In this document: one piece after another, positions 24,773-37,745 of the stretch
How positions within the stretch are numbered: the stretch's first letter is position 1
How the letters are laid out: each line of letters begins with the position of its first letter
Assembly (NCBI RefSeq): GCF_006345805.1
Contig: NC_043002.1
Location: 107,260,001-107,324,000, forward strand
Source: Octopus sinensis
Taxonomy: Eukaryota
Length of the DNA stretch: 64,000 nucleotides
Direction of reading: 5' to 3'
Position numbers and translations under genes: made by a program
The notes under the pieces: generated by a model
Told to the model about the DNA's origin: nothing
The model's input: the letters and a program-made list of their open reading frames with translations, nothing else
Databases searched by the model: none

Positions 24773-25000
24773 TTCTTTACTACCCACAAAGGGCTAAACA
24801 TAGAGGGGACAAACAAGGACAGACGAAGGGATTGAGTCGATTATATCGACCCCAGTGCGAAACTGGTACTTTATTTATCAACCCCGAAAGGATGAAAGGC
24901 AAAGTTGACCTCGGCGGAATTTGAACTCAGAACGTAACGACAGACGAAATACCGCTAAGCACTTCGCCCGGCGCGCTAACGTGTCTGCCAGCTCGCCGCC
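24773..25000 (-). mobile_element. SINE family D (Meta-domain-like), full length
   Basis: Reverse complement of 6894-7122. Confidence 0.9.
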
Positions 25001-25381
25001 TTTGTGTATGTACTTATGTGTATGTATGCATGTGTGTGGGTAGCTGGTCATCAAGTATAGCTGAAGAGTTAAGAAGTTTGCTGCATAATCATAAATACCT
25101 TGTTCAATCCCCAGAGACAGCATCTAGCATTGGGTTGGGTCCAGTTTTGTGTAGGAGATTGGGCAGACGGGGACAATGTGCAAGGAGGTAACTCTGCTTC
25201 TTACGTTGCATCAGGGGCACAAATATCTTTGAGCTACTTAAGAGCACACACACACACACGTTCACACACACATACACACTCGCACACACTAACACACACA
25301 GATACACATGCTCATACACAGATACACACTCACAACACACTAACACATGCACACACATACACATACACTCTCACACACACA

Positions 25382-25422
<41 letters not shown>

Positions 25423-25424
<2 letters not shown>

Positions 25425-25915
25425 ATAGGCATCGCTGTGTGGTTAAGTATTTTGATTCCCAACCACATGGCCCAGGGCTATGATAGAACACTTTTCAAAT
25501 GTGCCACTGTGTGGCACATTTGGCAAGTGTCTTCTACCATAGCCCTGGGTCAACCAAAGCCTTGTGAATGGATTTAGTAGACTGAAAATGAAAGAAGTCC
25601 TTTGCGTGTATGTGTGTGTATGTATGTATGTATGTGCATGTGTGTGCATGTGTGTGTGTGTGCGTGTGTGTGTGTGTTCCTCATTATCTTGATATCATTC
25701 AATATTGTAAATGAGCATCACCATCATACAGTGATGTCATTCATCTCCAATCTTCCATGGAAACCTATCCAGCCATGGAGTAATGTTACCTTGCTTCAAA
25801 AGAAGTAAGAGTTGGTGACTGGAGGAGCACCCAGCTGTAGAATATCTGCCTCAGTCTATTCCACTTGACCTATGCAAACATGGAAAAGCGAACATTGAGA
25901 TAAAGATGATGATGC
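25423..25915 (+). mobile_element. Family B SINE head plus RTE-like tail 2
   Basis: Head to GAAAGAAG, (TG)n, then CATGG..GTAATGTTACC...CCAGCTGTAGAA...CATGGAAAAG...GATGATGAT. Confidence 0.7.
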
Positions 25916-26708
25916 AAACGGTTGGTGAGGAGAAGCTGTCAATCAAATTGTTTCCAGTCCTAGGCTGATGTTTGTTTTCACAACAATGGATGGATGAAAT
26001 ACTAAGCCAGCCAGCCAGCCTTCTCAGACTTTGGGGCTCAGAATCTGAAGAAAGCCCTCAACTAAATATTGAAGCACATTTTATTATTTTGTTACTCTGT
26101 CAGCTCTGACATTCCACTGCCTTCTTAACATTAATTACATTACAAACAATTATTCAAGAATTTAATGCCTCCCACTCCACACACACATGCATACGTGTGT
26201 GTGTGTGTGTACGTGTGTGTTAATATATATAATTTGATATGTGCTCGTTTATGTTTATATTAAATATCTTAATCAACATTTTATTATTTTAGGCTTGCTG
26301 ATGAGCACGGTTGACAGTAAAGTCGATCATAGAAAAATTTTAGTTATGGGAATAGAACCCTGTTTATATTCCTATAATTATATGAGATAATATTATGTAA
26401 ATATGGACCAAATGTCGAGACCAACCCATAGCTGTAAGTAGTGGCAGCACTAAAGCCTTAATAGGGGTTCTATGAATTTTTGTAGTCTATAAGCTTTCAG
26501 ATAGTTATGCCATCATCATCATCATTTTAACATCCACTTTTCCATGTTTGGATGGATCAGATGGAGTTTACTGAGGTCAATATTCTATGACTGGATGCTC
26601 TTCCTGTCACTAACACTTATCTGTTTCCAATCAAGGTATTAATTCTCTCTGACCAAGCATGTTTTTGCAGAATCTTGAAAAAGGAACGGTACTATCATGA
26701 TGTGTGGA

Positions 26709-27093
26709 TGGAAGCACTCCGTCGGTTACGACGACGAGGGTTCCGGTTGATCTGAATCAACGGAACAGCCTGCTCGTCAAATTAACGTGTAAGTGGCTGA
26801 GCACTCCACAGACACGTGTACCCTTAACGTAGTTCTCGGGGATATTCAGCGTGACACAGAGAGTGACAAGGCCGGCCCTTTGAAATACAGGTACAACAGA
26901 AACAGGAAGTAAGAGTGAGAGAAAGTTGTGGTGAAAGAGTACAGCAGGGATCACCACCATCCCCTGCTGGAGCCTTGTGGAACTTTTAGGTGTTTTCGCT
27001 CAATAAACACTCACAACGCCCGGTCTGGGAATCGAAACCGCGATCCTATGACTGCGAGTCCGCTGCCCTAACCACTGGGCCATTGCACCTCCA
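26709..27093 (-). mobile_element. tRNA-derived SINE (family C) with 15-bp TSD
   Basis: TSD ACTATCATGATGTGT at 26691-26705 and 27093-27107. Homologous to 3515-3883. Confidence 0.9.
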
Positions 27094-27653
27094 CTATCAT
27101 GATGTGTATCATGATGGTAAGACAAGAGTACACACAAACACACACACACAAGACAAGGTATAAATAAAGGTCATTACATATTTTTCCTTTATTGGAATAA
27201 AAACTAGCATAACTGATATACAATACGGGATGGTGATTAACTACAACCCTGGACCCTGTCACAAGAATACATGGAGTTCTTTACTAATCTAAACAGTATT
27301 GTAAGCCTAGTGTGCTAACAGAGAGCTTATGAAGTATTTTGCTCAGACTGATAATCCCTCACTAATAACTCTGTTATATGCGTAGCCAATTTAGCCTTTT
27401 TCATCTTCCCTTGGTGTACTTCTAACTTACTAAAGGCACTCCAAGGCTTTTGTAGTACAGTTGTATTATGATAACATAGGCTTATTTACTTCTCACTCGG
27501 ATACACATGCACATTGGGCTTTTGTCAGTTTACCAAACCTACTCACAGACTTTGGGCAACACAGAGCAAGGTGCCATACAGTGGGACTGAACTGAAAACC
27601 ATGTTGGTAAGAAGTAAACTTCTTAACCACACAGCCATGTCTATGTCATATAA

Positions 27654-28504
27654 CTGGGTGCACAAAAATGAAAATAACACTGACGTCTCATTTTAACAGA
27701 TATATTTACCAAAATTTACATAAGATTATCTTGAAATACTAAAGAGTAAATTTATTCAATAAAATCGCCATTGGCTTTAACCACAGCTTCCAGACGACTT
27801 CAGAATCTCCTGCAGCTCCTCTGGATGATCACCTTGTTGAAGTTGGTGCATGCTGCTATAATCCTTACCTTTATTTCATCTTTGGTGTTAGAAGGTGTTT
27901 TGTTGGTCTCTTTCTCAACTGTGCCCTACACATAATAATCAAGGGGATTGTAGTATGGGGTAGTTAGGTGCCCAGATGTTAGGGGTGATGTGTTTGCAGA
28001 AATTGCCTGACAGCCATGACTGGGTTCTCCTGCTTCTGTGGCATGGTGCAGAGTCCTGTTACCAGACATAGGGTCTTCCAGCAACCACCTTCTTAACTCA
28101 GGGCAGCACTAGCTCCTCCAGGCGCTTGATGTAGGCCTCTGTGTTGAGTCTGAGGCTGTGTGAGAAGATGAATGGAGGCATACCGTTGCCATCACTAGTG
28201 ATCGCTCTAAATACCATAATGTTGACTGGATGTTTGATTTTTATCAGTTTTGGTACATGTTTTGTCAACTCAGATTGGCACTCAAACACCTGAAATGTTT
28301 GTATTGGAGCTTCCAGCATGAATGCCAAGCAGTACAGCATGTTATTTCCAAATTTTCTGGAAGAGTAACTTGCATTATGGTGCTGTCTTTCTCACAGACA
28401 GGGCCCAACTGACCCTACTTTACTGTGTAGTCGACAAACTCAAAACAGTGTGTATGTGTGAAATAAAAAATATAAAATGGTGACAATTTACCCACCGCAC
28501 CCTG
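27654..28504 (-). mobile_element. Decayed, internally deleted maT (DD37D-type) Tc1/mariner transposon
   Basis: Minus strand: MPPFIFSHSLRLNTEAYIKRLEELVLP*VKKVVAGRPYVW*QDSAPCH.SRRTQSWLS; N-terminal EIWK*HAVLLGIHAGSS; C(T/A)GGGTGC termini; stops and frameshifts. The DD37D call rests on family resemblance because the third Asp region is frameshifted. Confidence 0.8.
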
Positions 28505-29787
28505 TATATTCACACACACACATGTATATATATGAGTGCGTGTATGAATATGCCACATTCTAATATGATCATATATATATATGTCAGACATGACCACCCC
28601 AAAGCTTATGTTATTTAGTGGTATTTATATTAACCTTGGTAAGAGAAAAGGTCAAAGCAGGTTTGGGTTTAATTTGAACACAGAATACAAAACATTACAA
28701 CCAAATATAAACACATTATTCTATCTGATGATGCTCTACTGATTTTGGTATCAACTTACAATGTGTGTGTGTGTGTGTGTGTTTTGTTTGGTCTTAAATT
28801 TCCTGATCCATTGATGAATTCAAGTTCTCTTTCAGTGTAAAACAGAAATGATTTAAGATTACGATAAAAAACAAAAAAAAAATAATAAATAAAACAAGTG
28901 ATAAAATAATGGAAAAACAAAGGTAAACAAAGAAAGGGCAAATAAAAACAAAAGAAAACAAAACAAGAAAACAAGCATAAACAATAACAATTACAACAAC
29001 AAGAAAAAACCAATGGCCTTAACTAGGTTAAACCGCTTATAGGGGCGGTTGATTGAGTGGAGTACAAAGAAAACCTGCTTCCATTCTTTTGAGTACATTG
29101 CATATTGATTAAGTCTGATGGAATAAAACCTAATGCTTTGGAACTGGTGTGTGTGTGTACGTGTGTGCATGTGTGTGTATATATACATACACACTCACAC
29201 ATATATGAATAGAAATGATGATGATGAAATAAATGTTATGTGGATGTAGACCTTGAAATATGTGTGTATACATGAATATATAATTATGTGTAGAAATAAA
29301 CACACACATACATACATTGCAATTGGTGAATATTAGGTTTGTTGAATACAGTTTTCCAGAGGGGCTACTCACTGGTTCACTGCATTTTGACGGCAAGAGT
29401 GACAAGGGAGTATCTATAATTTGGTGCAGAACAAATATCCATAAAGGCTTGATTTGAAAACAAGCCATTGATTTTTTTTTTTTAATAATGAAGTCTTTTA
29501 TATTTATTTCTTAAACATTTCTTCTGTTTTTTGGCTAAGGCTATGAAGCAGTAGAGAAAGAAAAGTGAGGGGACAAAACATCAGTGGAGCTGAGATCGCG
29601 GTGTGTTGGTGAGGGGGCCAGTAAATTCATGCTAATTGGTCAGGGATAGGGCTCTGTTGTTTTTTCTTCCAAATGTGCACAAGGATATCTATATGTGTAT
29701 ACCAGTACCATTCCATATGTAAGAGCTGTATTCCATTTCAAGTTTCATTCGAGCTCCTTCAGAGACCAGAAAAAAAAGAATATATAT

Positions 29788-30270
29788 ATATCATCATCAT
29801 CATCGTTTAACGTCCTTTTTCCATGCTGGCATGGGTTGGACAGTTCGACTGGGGTCTGGGAAGCCAGGGGGCTGCATCAGGCCCCAATCTGATCTGGCAG
29901 TGTTTCTACAGCTGGATGCCCTTCTTAACACCAATCACTCCGAGAGTGTAGTGGATGCTTTTTATATGCCACTGGCACAGGGGCCAGAAGAGTTGGCATC
30001 GACCAAGATAAGATGGTGCTTTTTATGTGCCACCAGCATGGAAGCCAGTCAAAACGGCACTGGTATCGGCCGTGTTCAGATGGTGCTTTTTACGTGCTAC
30101 CGGCATGGGGCTCACAACTACAATTTCCTTTTGATTTGATTTTGATGTTGATGTTGATGTACATGACTCAATAGGTCTCCTCAAGCATGGCATGTCGCCC
30201 TACAATCCAAGGAACTTTTGAGTGGGCTGGTTATGCGACACTGGTGTAGGTTACAGTTGTGGACCCACTT
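29788..30270 (-). mobile_element. RTE 3' UTR copy (family A), long
   Basis: Tail, minisatellite and upstream UTR segment. Confidence 0.85.
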
Positions 30271-31954
30271 TATGTATTTATAGTCTGTGGTGTGTAGATT
30301 TTCCTGGTGGTTTCAGTTCTGTCGTACATTTTCCCTGCAGACTAGACTCATGCTGTTACTCTTTGCAAACCGTATTTGAGTACTTTTGTGGGAAATATAT
30401 ATATATTCTTCAACTGGAACCTGTGGGTATTTTTTTTACACTCCATCGTCTGCCTTCTTTCTTTTCCTCTTTTACTTGTTTTAGGCTTTTGGTTGCAGCC
30501 ATGCTGGGGTCACCACATGTCTGGCCCAGTGGAACTTGGGCTTTTGGTATTCTGTGATTACATCATTCTCTCCTCTCTGTTCTTGAATTATCTAATTTTG
30601 ATTATGATGCCATAATGATAATGCTATCATGGACTTTTCCATGGCTCTCTGCATTGTAGCCAATTTATCCTCTTCTTAGTAATCCATATCTTACCTGTGT
30701 GTGTGTGATATATATATATATATCATCATCATCATCATCTAACATCCGTTTTACATGCTGGCATAGATTGGACTGTTTGACTGAGGTATGGAGAGCCAGT
30801 GGCTGCACCAGGCTCCAATCTTGATCTGGCAAAATTTCTACAGCTGGATGCCCTTCCTAATGCCAACCACTCCGAGAGTGTAGTGGGTGCTTTTTAAGTG
30901 CCACCAGCACAGGAGCTAATCAGGTGGGCCTGTCATCGATCACATTCAGAGAGTGCTTTTTACGTGTCACTGGCATGGGGGCCAGTCAGGGGTTACTGGC
31001 ATCAGCTATATTTTGTTGGTGCTTTTTACGTGCTACCGGCATGGGGCTCACAACTACAATTTCCTTTTGATTTGATTTTGATGTTGATGTTGATGTACAT
31101 GACTCAATAGGTCTCCTCAAGCATGGCATGTCGCCCTACAATCCAAGGAACTTTTGAGTGGGCTGGTTATGCGACACTGGTGTAGGTTACAGTTGTGGAC
31201 CCACTTTATGTATTTATAGTCTGTGGTGTGTAGATTTTCCTGGTGGTTTCAGTTCTGTCGTACATTTTCCCTGCAGACTAGACTCATGCTGTTACTCTTT
31301 GCAAACCGTATTTGAGTACTTTTGTGGGAAATATATATATATTCTTCAACTGGAAACCTGTGGGTATTTTTTTTACACTCCATCGTCTGCCTTCTTTCTT
31401 TTCCTCTTTTACTTGTTTTAGGCTTTTGGTTGCAGCCATGCTGGGGTCACCACATGTCTGGCCCAGTGGAACTTGGGCTTTTGGTATTCTGTGATTACAT
31501 CATTCTCTCCTCTCTGTTCTTGAATTATCTAATTTTGATTATGATGCCATAATGATAATGCTATCATGGACTTTTCCATGGCTCTCTGCATTGTAGCCAA
31601 TTTATCCTCTTCTTAGTAATCCATATCTCACCTGTGTGTGTGTGATATATATATATATATCATCATCATCATCATCTAACATCCGTTTTACATGCTGGCA
31701 TAGATTGGACTGTTTGACTGAGGTATGGAGAGCCAGTGGCTGCACCAGGCTCCAATCTTGATCTGGCAAAGTTTCTACAGCTGGATGCCCTTCCTAATGC
31801 CAACCACTCCGAGAGTGTAGTGGGTGCTTTTTAAGTGCCACCAGCACAGGAGCTAATCAGGTGGGCCTGTCATAGATCACATTCAGAGAGTGCTTTTTAC
31901 GTGTCACTGGCATGGGGGCCAGTCAGGGGTTACTGGCATCAGCTATATTTTGTT
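30082..31954. repeat. Tandem duplication of about 936 bp (30082-31017 and 31018-31954)
   Basis: Near-identical units (about 4 differences seen). Junctions fall in GGTGCTTTTTACGTGC of family A. Confidence 0.95.
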
Positions 31955-32157
31955 GGTGCTTTTTACGTGCCAATCAGGTGGACCTGGCATCAACCATGTT
32001 CAGATGATGCTTTTATATATATATAATATATATATATAAGGTGTTTTCATCAAGGTGATTCAGACTAATACCTAATGAATATGTATTTTAATTGGATTTT
32101 TAAATTGGATGATATTAATATAATTTTCCTCCACTGTCACATATGTTTAACCACTCC

Positions 32158-32247
32158 GTCTCCAATGACGGAATACTCAGCCTATAGAATCCTCACTTAG
32201 CATGAAGTTCCTATGGCTGAGAAATTCTAGAAACAGCTGTTAGAGAC
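32158..32247 (+). ncRNA. Degenerate type-I hammerhead-like motif with a long stem II
   Basis: GTCT-CCAATGA-cg-GAAT-a-CTCAGCC...GGCTGAG-aa-ATTC-ta-GAAAC AGCT GTT-AGAGAC. Core has 2 substitutions versus CTGATGA. Confidence 0.45.
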
Positions 32248-32384
32248 TATATACACCTTTTCATTATATAGCTAAATTAGATGTCCTTGTCAAGTTTAGC
32301 CAAACCGTTTGCCTCCCGTTTCTGTTTTAATCTCTCTCTCTCCCTCTCTCCCTCTCTTTATATATATATATATATATATATATG

Positions 32385-32826
32385 TGCCACCGGCACAAGC
32401 ATCACAACTACTATATCAATGGATATAGTAGTTGTGATGCCTGTGCGGTGGCACATAAAAAGCACTATCCGAACGTGGCCGATGCCAGCGCTGCCCCGAC
32501 TGGCTTCTGTGCCGGTGGCACATAAAAAGCACCATCCGAATGTTGCCAGCGCCACCTTGGCTGGCTTCCGTGCCGCTGGCACATTAAAAGCTCCAACCGA
32601 TTGTGGCCGATGCCGGACCCCCCCTGGTACCTGTGCAGGTGGCACGTAAAAAGCACCCACTACACCTGCGGAGTGGTTGGCATTAGGAAGGGCATCCAGC
32701 CGTAGAAACTCTGCCAGATCAGACTGGAGCCTGGAGCAGCCCCTGGCTTCCCAGACCCCGGATAAACCGTCCAACCCGTGCTAGCGCGGAAAACGGACGT
32801 TAAACGATGATGATGATGATGATGAG
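32385..32826 (+). mobile_element. RTE 3' UTR copy (family A)
   Basis: Minisatellite units and (GAT)n tail. Confidence 0.9.
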
Positions 32827-32964
32827 GATGTACATGTATTTGTCTTGATGTTGAGAATAGCTGTAAATAAGGGTGTCCATCCATAGAGAAATATACTTTG
32901 GTATATTCCATATGACCATTGCAAGCATAGAAGTGTGGCTATTAAAATAATTATCATGCATACA

Positions 32965-33000
<36 letters not shown>

Positions 33001-33104
33001 TATGAAAGAAATAAAAGTAGTTTTGCCCTTTTAATACCAATCCACCTGAGTCTGACCCCTCGTTCTATGATGCTAACTTGCTATGTTAAAATGGTTTGGG
33101 TTAA

Positions 33105-33316
33105 CCCTTTTGTTACCAACCCAGCTGAAACCACCTCTGGCTCTGTAGTACAAATGTCTTGTTTTCATAAGTTTTGAATTAAAATCTTCCACCAAACCTT
33201 AGTCACAATTCATGTTCCTAACACCAGCTGAATGACATTTTACTAAATTCTTTGTTATATATAAAGTAATTGAAAGAAACACAGAGTATGTCAAAATAAA
33301 TACAGTAACGAAAGGG
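33105..33316. mobile_element. piggyBac-type MITE with TTAA TSD; related partial copy to about 33457
   Basis: TTAA|CCCTTTTGTTAC...GTAACGAAAGGG|TTAA. Confidence 0.85.
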
Positions 33317-33534
33317 TTAAAACTGTCTATCAAATTTTCACATTAATTTATATTCCAAACGCTAACTTAATGATAACAAAGCTAATTCGCCAAATTCTTT
33401 ATTTTCAAAATTAATTGAAAAACAGGGTACCTCAACAGAAATACCATAACTAAAGAGTTAAGAAGAGAACTCAAAACAAAAAATGTAGTCTAATTAATAT
33501 CTTTATAAAACAGCTGGATTGCTTTTGGTTATAC

Positions 33535-33582
<48 letters not shown>

Positions 33583-33619
33583 CAATATAAACACATTATC
33601 TCTATCTCTCTCTCTCTCT

Positions 33620-33650
<31 letters not shown>

Positions 33651-34007
33651 GCATGATATATGGGTCACTGTTGATGCTGTTAGCTAGTACTCATATTCTA
33701 TTGGTCAAATAGAACATTTGGGATTAAATTTGATTGGTTAAGAACATTTAACACGTTGTACAAACTTCTTGGAAGCCTCTCCACAAGTGATCTCCCGTCC
33801 ACCGTTGTATTATGAGGTCAAACAAAATAGAAAAAGATTGATTATGGACTTTACACGTCCAACTTAAGCAGCTACTGTTTGTTAGAACTTTCTAGTTAAC
33901 TGTTGTTGTTTGTTTTAATCTGGATTGGCTTATTGATTTATATTGATTTATATATATATTTTTCTTTTCCCATTTCTCCTAGCTGATCATTATTATCATT
34001 ATTATTA

Positions 34008-34042
<35 letters not shown>

Positions 34043-34173
34043 ATAATAATACTTTTATTGCATCTTGCCGTCTTTTCTATTTTTCAGTTCATCCTTTATG
34101 TAAATCCCGATATACAAATTGTTCTCTGTTCTTGTTGTCCCCCTCATCTGTGCCCCCGTGCCTAATAAAAGAA

Positions 34174-34217
<44 letters not shown>

Positions 34218-34799
34218 TACTACTACTGTTGTTGTTGTCATTGTTATTTAGTTCAAATTTATCTTATTTTATTGATTTTTGTTATTGATTAATTTTGACG
34301 TAATATCCTTAACATATTTTCTCTCCTTCCCAGCCCCCAGTCGGATCAGTAATGCAGGGCAGGAGGAGGTTTTTAATTATTTATTAATTTAATTTTTTCT
34401 GATAGTGGTGGGGTTGGGGTGGGGGGTGAAATGGCAACAACAACAACATGTTAAAAATCAATCGATAAAACAAAGTAACAGTATGATTAGGATATCAGTC
34501 TTGACCTTAAAATAGCAACCTAAGCAGCAACAACAACAACAACAACAGCTGCAGTGTAAGCAATAGCCCTAGGGATACAGGTAACAGCATTAGTAATGCC
34601 AGCAGTGATGAAGGTGGTGGTGGCGGTGGTAGCAGCAGTAGAAAGGAAAAGAGAGGTACCATTCTAATGAGGAAAGTTGTGTATAGTTACCCGACCTTTT
34701 AAAAACAGTAGCTATATCTCACTCAAATCGCACTCTGTTATGGCGGGGGTGGGGGATTAAAGCAGGATTGCATATTAGATAATGTGGTCCTAGATGTAC

Positions 34800-35230
34800 T
34801 ATCATTATCATCATCATTATCGTTTAACATCTGTTTTCTATGCTGGCATGGGTTAGACGGTTTGACTGAGGTCTGGCGAGCCAGCGGCTGCACCTGGCTC
34901 CAATCTGATCTGGTAATGTTTCTATAGCTGTACGCCCTTCCTAACGCCAACCACTCCAACAGTGTAGTGGGTGCTTTTTACATGCCACTAGCACAAGAGC
35001 CAAGTCAGGCTGGCCTGGCATCGATCATGTTCGGATAGTGTTTTTAATGTGCCACTGGCATGGGGGCCAGTCAGGGGGTACTGGCAAATGCTACATTCGG
35101 ACAGTGCTTTTTATGTGCCACTGGCACAAGAGCCAGTCAGTGGGTACTGGCATTGGCTACGTTCGGATGGTGGTTTTTTTATGTGCCACCGGCATGGGAA
35201 CCAGTCAGGGGGAACTAACCACAGCTTTGA
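34800..35230 (-). mobile_element. RTE 3' UTR copy (family A)
   Basis: Diagnostic tail and unit motifs. Confidence 0.85.
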
Positions 35231-35322
35231 TATTAGTTTTAGCTGTGATCAGTTAAAAAAAAACATAGTTGGGATAGTCACAGCTAAACACCACCTACAT
35301 AATGATTTTTGGCACCATAATA

Positions 35323-35660
35323 GAGGAGACCTCCTTCGGTCATGAATGACCATGGGATTGCACCTAGAAAGTTACCCTCCGATGCACAAGTCCAGGCAAG
35401 GTTGTTTGTGGAAGGCCAGCAGTCACCCATGCATACCAGCCTCCCCTCTCCACACCACTGATGTTATCCAAGGGAAAGGCAAAGGGGTCGATACAGCTTG
35501 GCACCAGTGATGTCGCAACTCATTTCTACTGCTGAGTGAACTGGAACAACGTGAAATAAAGTGTCTTGCTCAAGAACACAACACGCAGCCCGGTCTGGGA
35601 ATCGAACTCACAACCTCACGATTGTAAGCTTGACGCTCTAACCACTGAGCCATCTGCCTT
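35323..35660 (-). mobile_element. tRNA-derived SINE (V-domain-like)
   Basis: Minus strand: TGGCTCAGTGGTTAGAGCG...GAGTTCGATTCCC...GTGTTCTTGAGCAAGACAC. Confidence 0.8.
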
Positions 35661-35793
35661 CACATTCACCACAATAGATACATATTATTATATAAAAAAA
35701 CAGCAGTCTCCTCAGTTTTGCTTTTGGCAGTTCACAACACACACCCTTGTGCTTGCGCACCCTTGTGCCTGCATGCATACGCATGCATATATT

Positions 35794-36462
35794 TACAAGC
35801 TGGTATCAGAAAATTCCTAAAACAAGTACACCATTGGAGCCTCATGCCAGTAAACAAAGCATTTCATCTATTATTTATAGTTGGGTGTAATCTTTTTGGA
35901 AATAGTCCTCTCGGGATCCTACTCAGCAAGCAATGTCTGTTCATGTTTTCTATGGGGCTTTTATGCCAAATGCCATTAATAATTCCAGTCATGTGAGAGA
36001 AACTGATGCATTGTTTAATAGTACTTTCTCATTGATCAATTCCTCAATGTTTTCTACGATTCTTGCTGGTATCTCGGCTTCTGATTGGTCGGCCTGAACA
36101 CTCATCATCTTCAACTGGCACTCAGCCAGCCTTAAAACATGTCTGGCTTTCAAAAATCTATATTCAATTGAAAGAATCTTTGCCCAAATCCTGATAAAAA
36201 AATATCAAGGGTTCTCAGTAGCTGATTTACCAAGCTTCATGCCAGATTGTTTCAGGCATGTTGCTCGAATTTGTGAACTATCATAAAAATCGCTGAACCA
36301 AATCTGACAAAACCATGTCTTATAACAACTAGAATTGAAAGCATGAAACCTATTTGTAGATTTATTCAGAAGATTGGCAACTAATGGTGGCCACCTGTGC
36401 ATGCACATCAATAGAACAGTAAAATCACAACATGTGCTGCTCAGAAACTTTGGTAACACACG
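35794..36462 (-). mobile_element. Decayed mariner transposon (N-terminal HTH region only)
   Basis: Minus-strand fragments KLGKSATE, VEDDECSGRP and VENIEELINE, with degenerate mariner-like TIRs at both ends. Confidence 0.6.
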
Positions 36463-36492
36463 TGTGTGTGTGTGTGTGTGTGTGTGAGTGTG

Positions 36493-36870
36493 CGCCCAGC
36501 TGTATGGTTAAGAGTCTTGTTTCCCATCCATGTAGTCTTGGGTTCAATCCCATTGTATGACATCTTGGACAAGTATCTTCTACTATATAGCCTCAGGCCT
36601 ACCAAAACCTTGTGAATTAATCTGCTAGATGGAAACTGAAAGAAGACCACCATGTGTGTGTGTCTCTCTTTGTCTTGATGATTGTAAATGAGTGTTGTCT
36701 GCTTCTTGCCTTCCATGAAAAGCATGTCTGGCCATGGGGAAATATTACTTCGTTTGGAAACAGGTGAGAGTTGGTGACAGGAAAGGCATCTGGCTGTAGA
36801 CAACTGCTGCAACAAATTCCATCTGATCCATGCAATCATAGAAAATTGGATATTAAAACAATAATGATGA
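36493..36870 (+). mobile_element. Family B SINE head plus RTE-like tail 2
   Basis: As for 25423-25915. Confidence 0.7.
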
Positions 36871-37364
36871 TATGTTCTTTTATTCTTTTATCGACCATAC
36901 TGGAGCACCATTTAAAAAGGTTTAGCTGATCAAATTGATAATGGTATTAATTTCAAGTCTACTAGTTATTCTGCATGTTTCCTTTCTAAATTATAGGGAT
37001 GTTAATAAACCAACACCTGTTATCATGCAGTGAGGAACCAACACAACCTCACAGGCACAGGCACACACACACACACACACACACCACACACACACACTCA
37101 CACACACACAATGATGTGGTCTCACATAGTTTTTGTCTACTAAATTTACTTGTAAAGCAAGAGGTCACTTGCTCTCGGTGCCCTATTGTGGGACTGGACC
37201 CCAAAGCACATGGTTATAAAATGACCTTCTTAGCCATCCAGTCAAGCCTATTTGTATGCACACTGCTATATTTGCACCCAATGGGTGTGTGTGTGTGTGT
37301 GTATAAGCATTTCAGTGTAAATCAGACAGTAGACAGGAAGTACTTTAATCCCAAAGAAAAGTCA

Positions 37365-37745
37365 TCATCGTCATAGTCATTGTTTAATGTCTGCTTTCCA
37401 TGCTGGCATGAGTTGGACAGTTTGACTGAGGACTAGCAAGCCAGGAGGCTGCACCAGGCTCCAATCTGATTTGGCAAGGTTTCTACAGCTAGATGCCCTT
37501 CTTAATGCCAACCACTCTCAGAGTGTAACTGGTGCTTTTTACGTGCCATCGGCATGGGAGCCAGCCAGGCAGCACTGGTATCAGCCATGCTTGAATTGTG
37601 CTTTTTACGTGCCACTGGCATGGGTGCCAGCCAGGCAGCACTGGTATCAGCCATGCTTGAATTGTGCTTTTTACGTGCCACTGGCATGGGTGCCAGTCAG
37701 GCGGCACTGGCATCAGCCATGCAGTCAGGCAGTACTGGCATCGGC
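37365..37745 (-). mobile_element. RTE 3' UTR copy (family A) with homogenised 66-bp units
   Basis: GTGCTTTTTACGTGCC at 37532, 37598 and 37664. Confidence 0.85.

Noticed and set aside
27010-27093. tRNA genes at the SINE heads
   Set aside because: A/B boxes are present but there is no complete cloverleaf, and each continues into a SINE body, some with TSDs.
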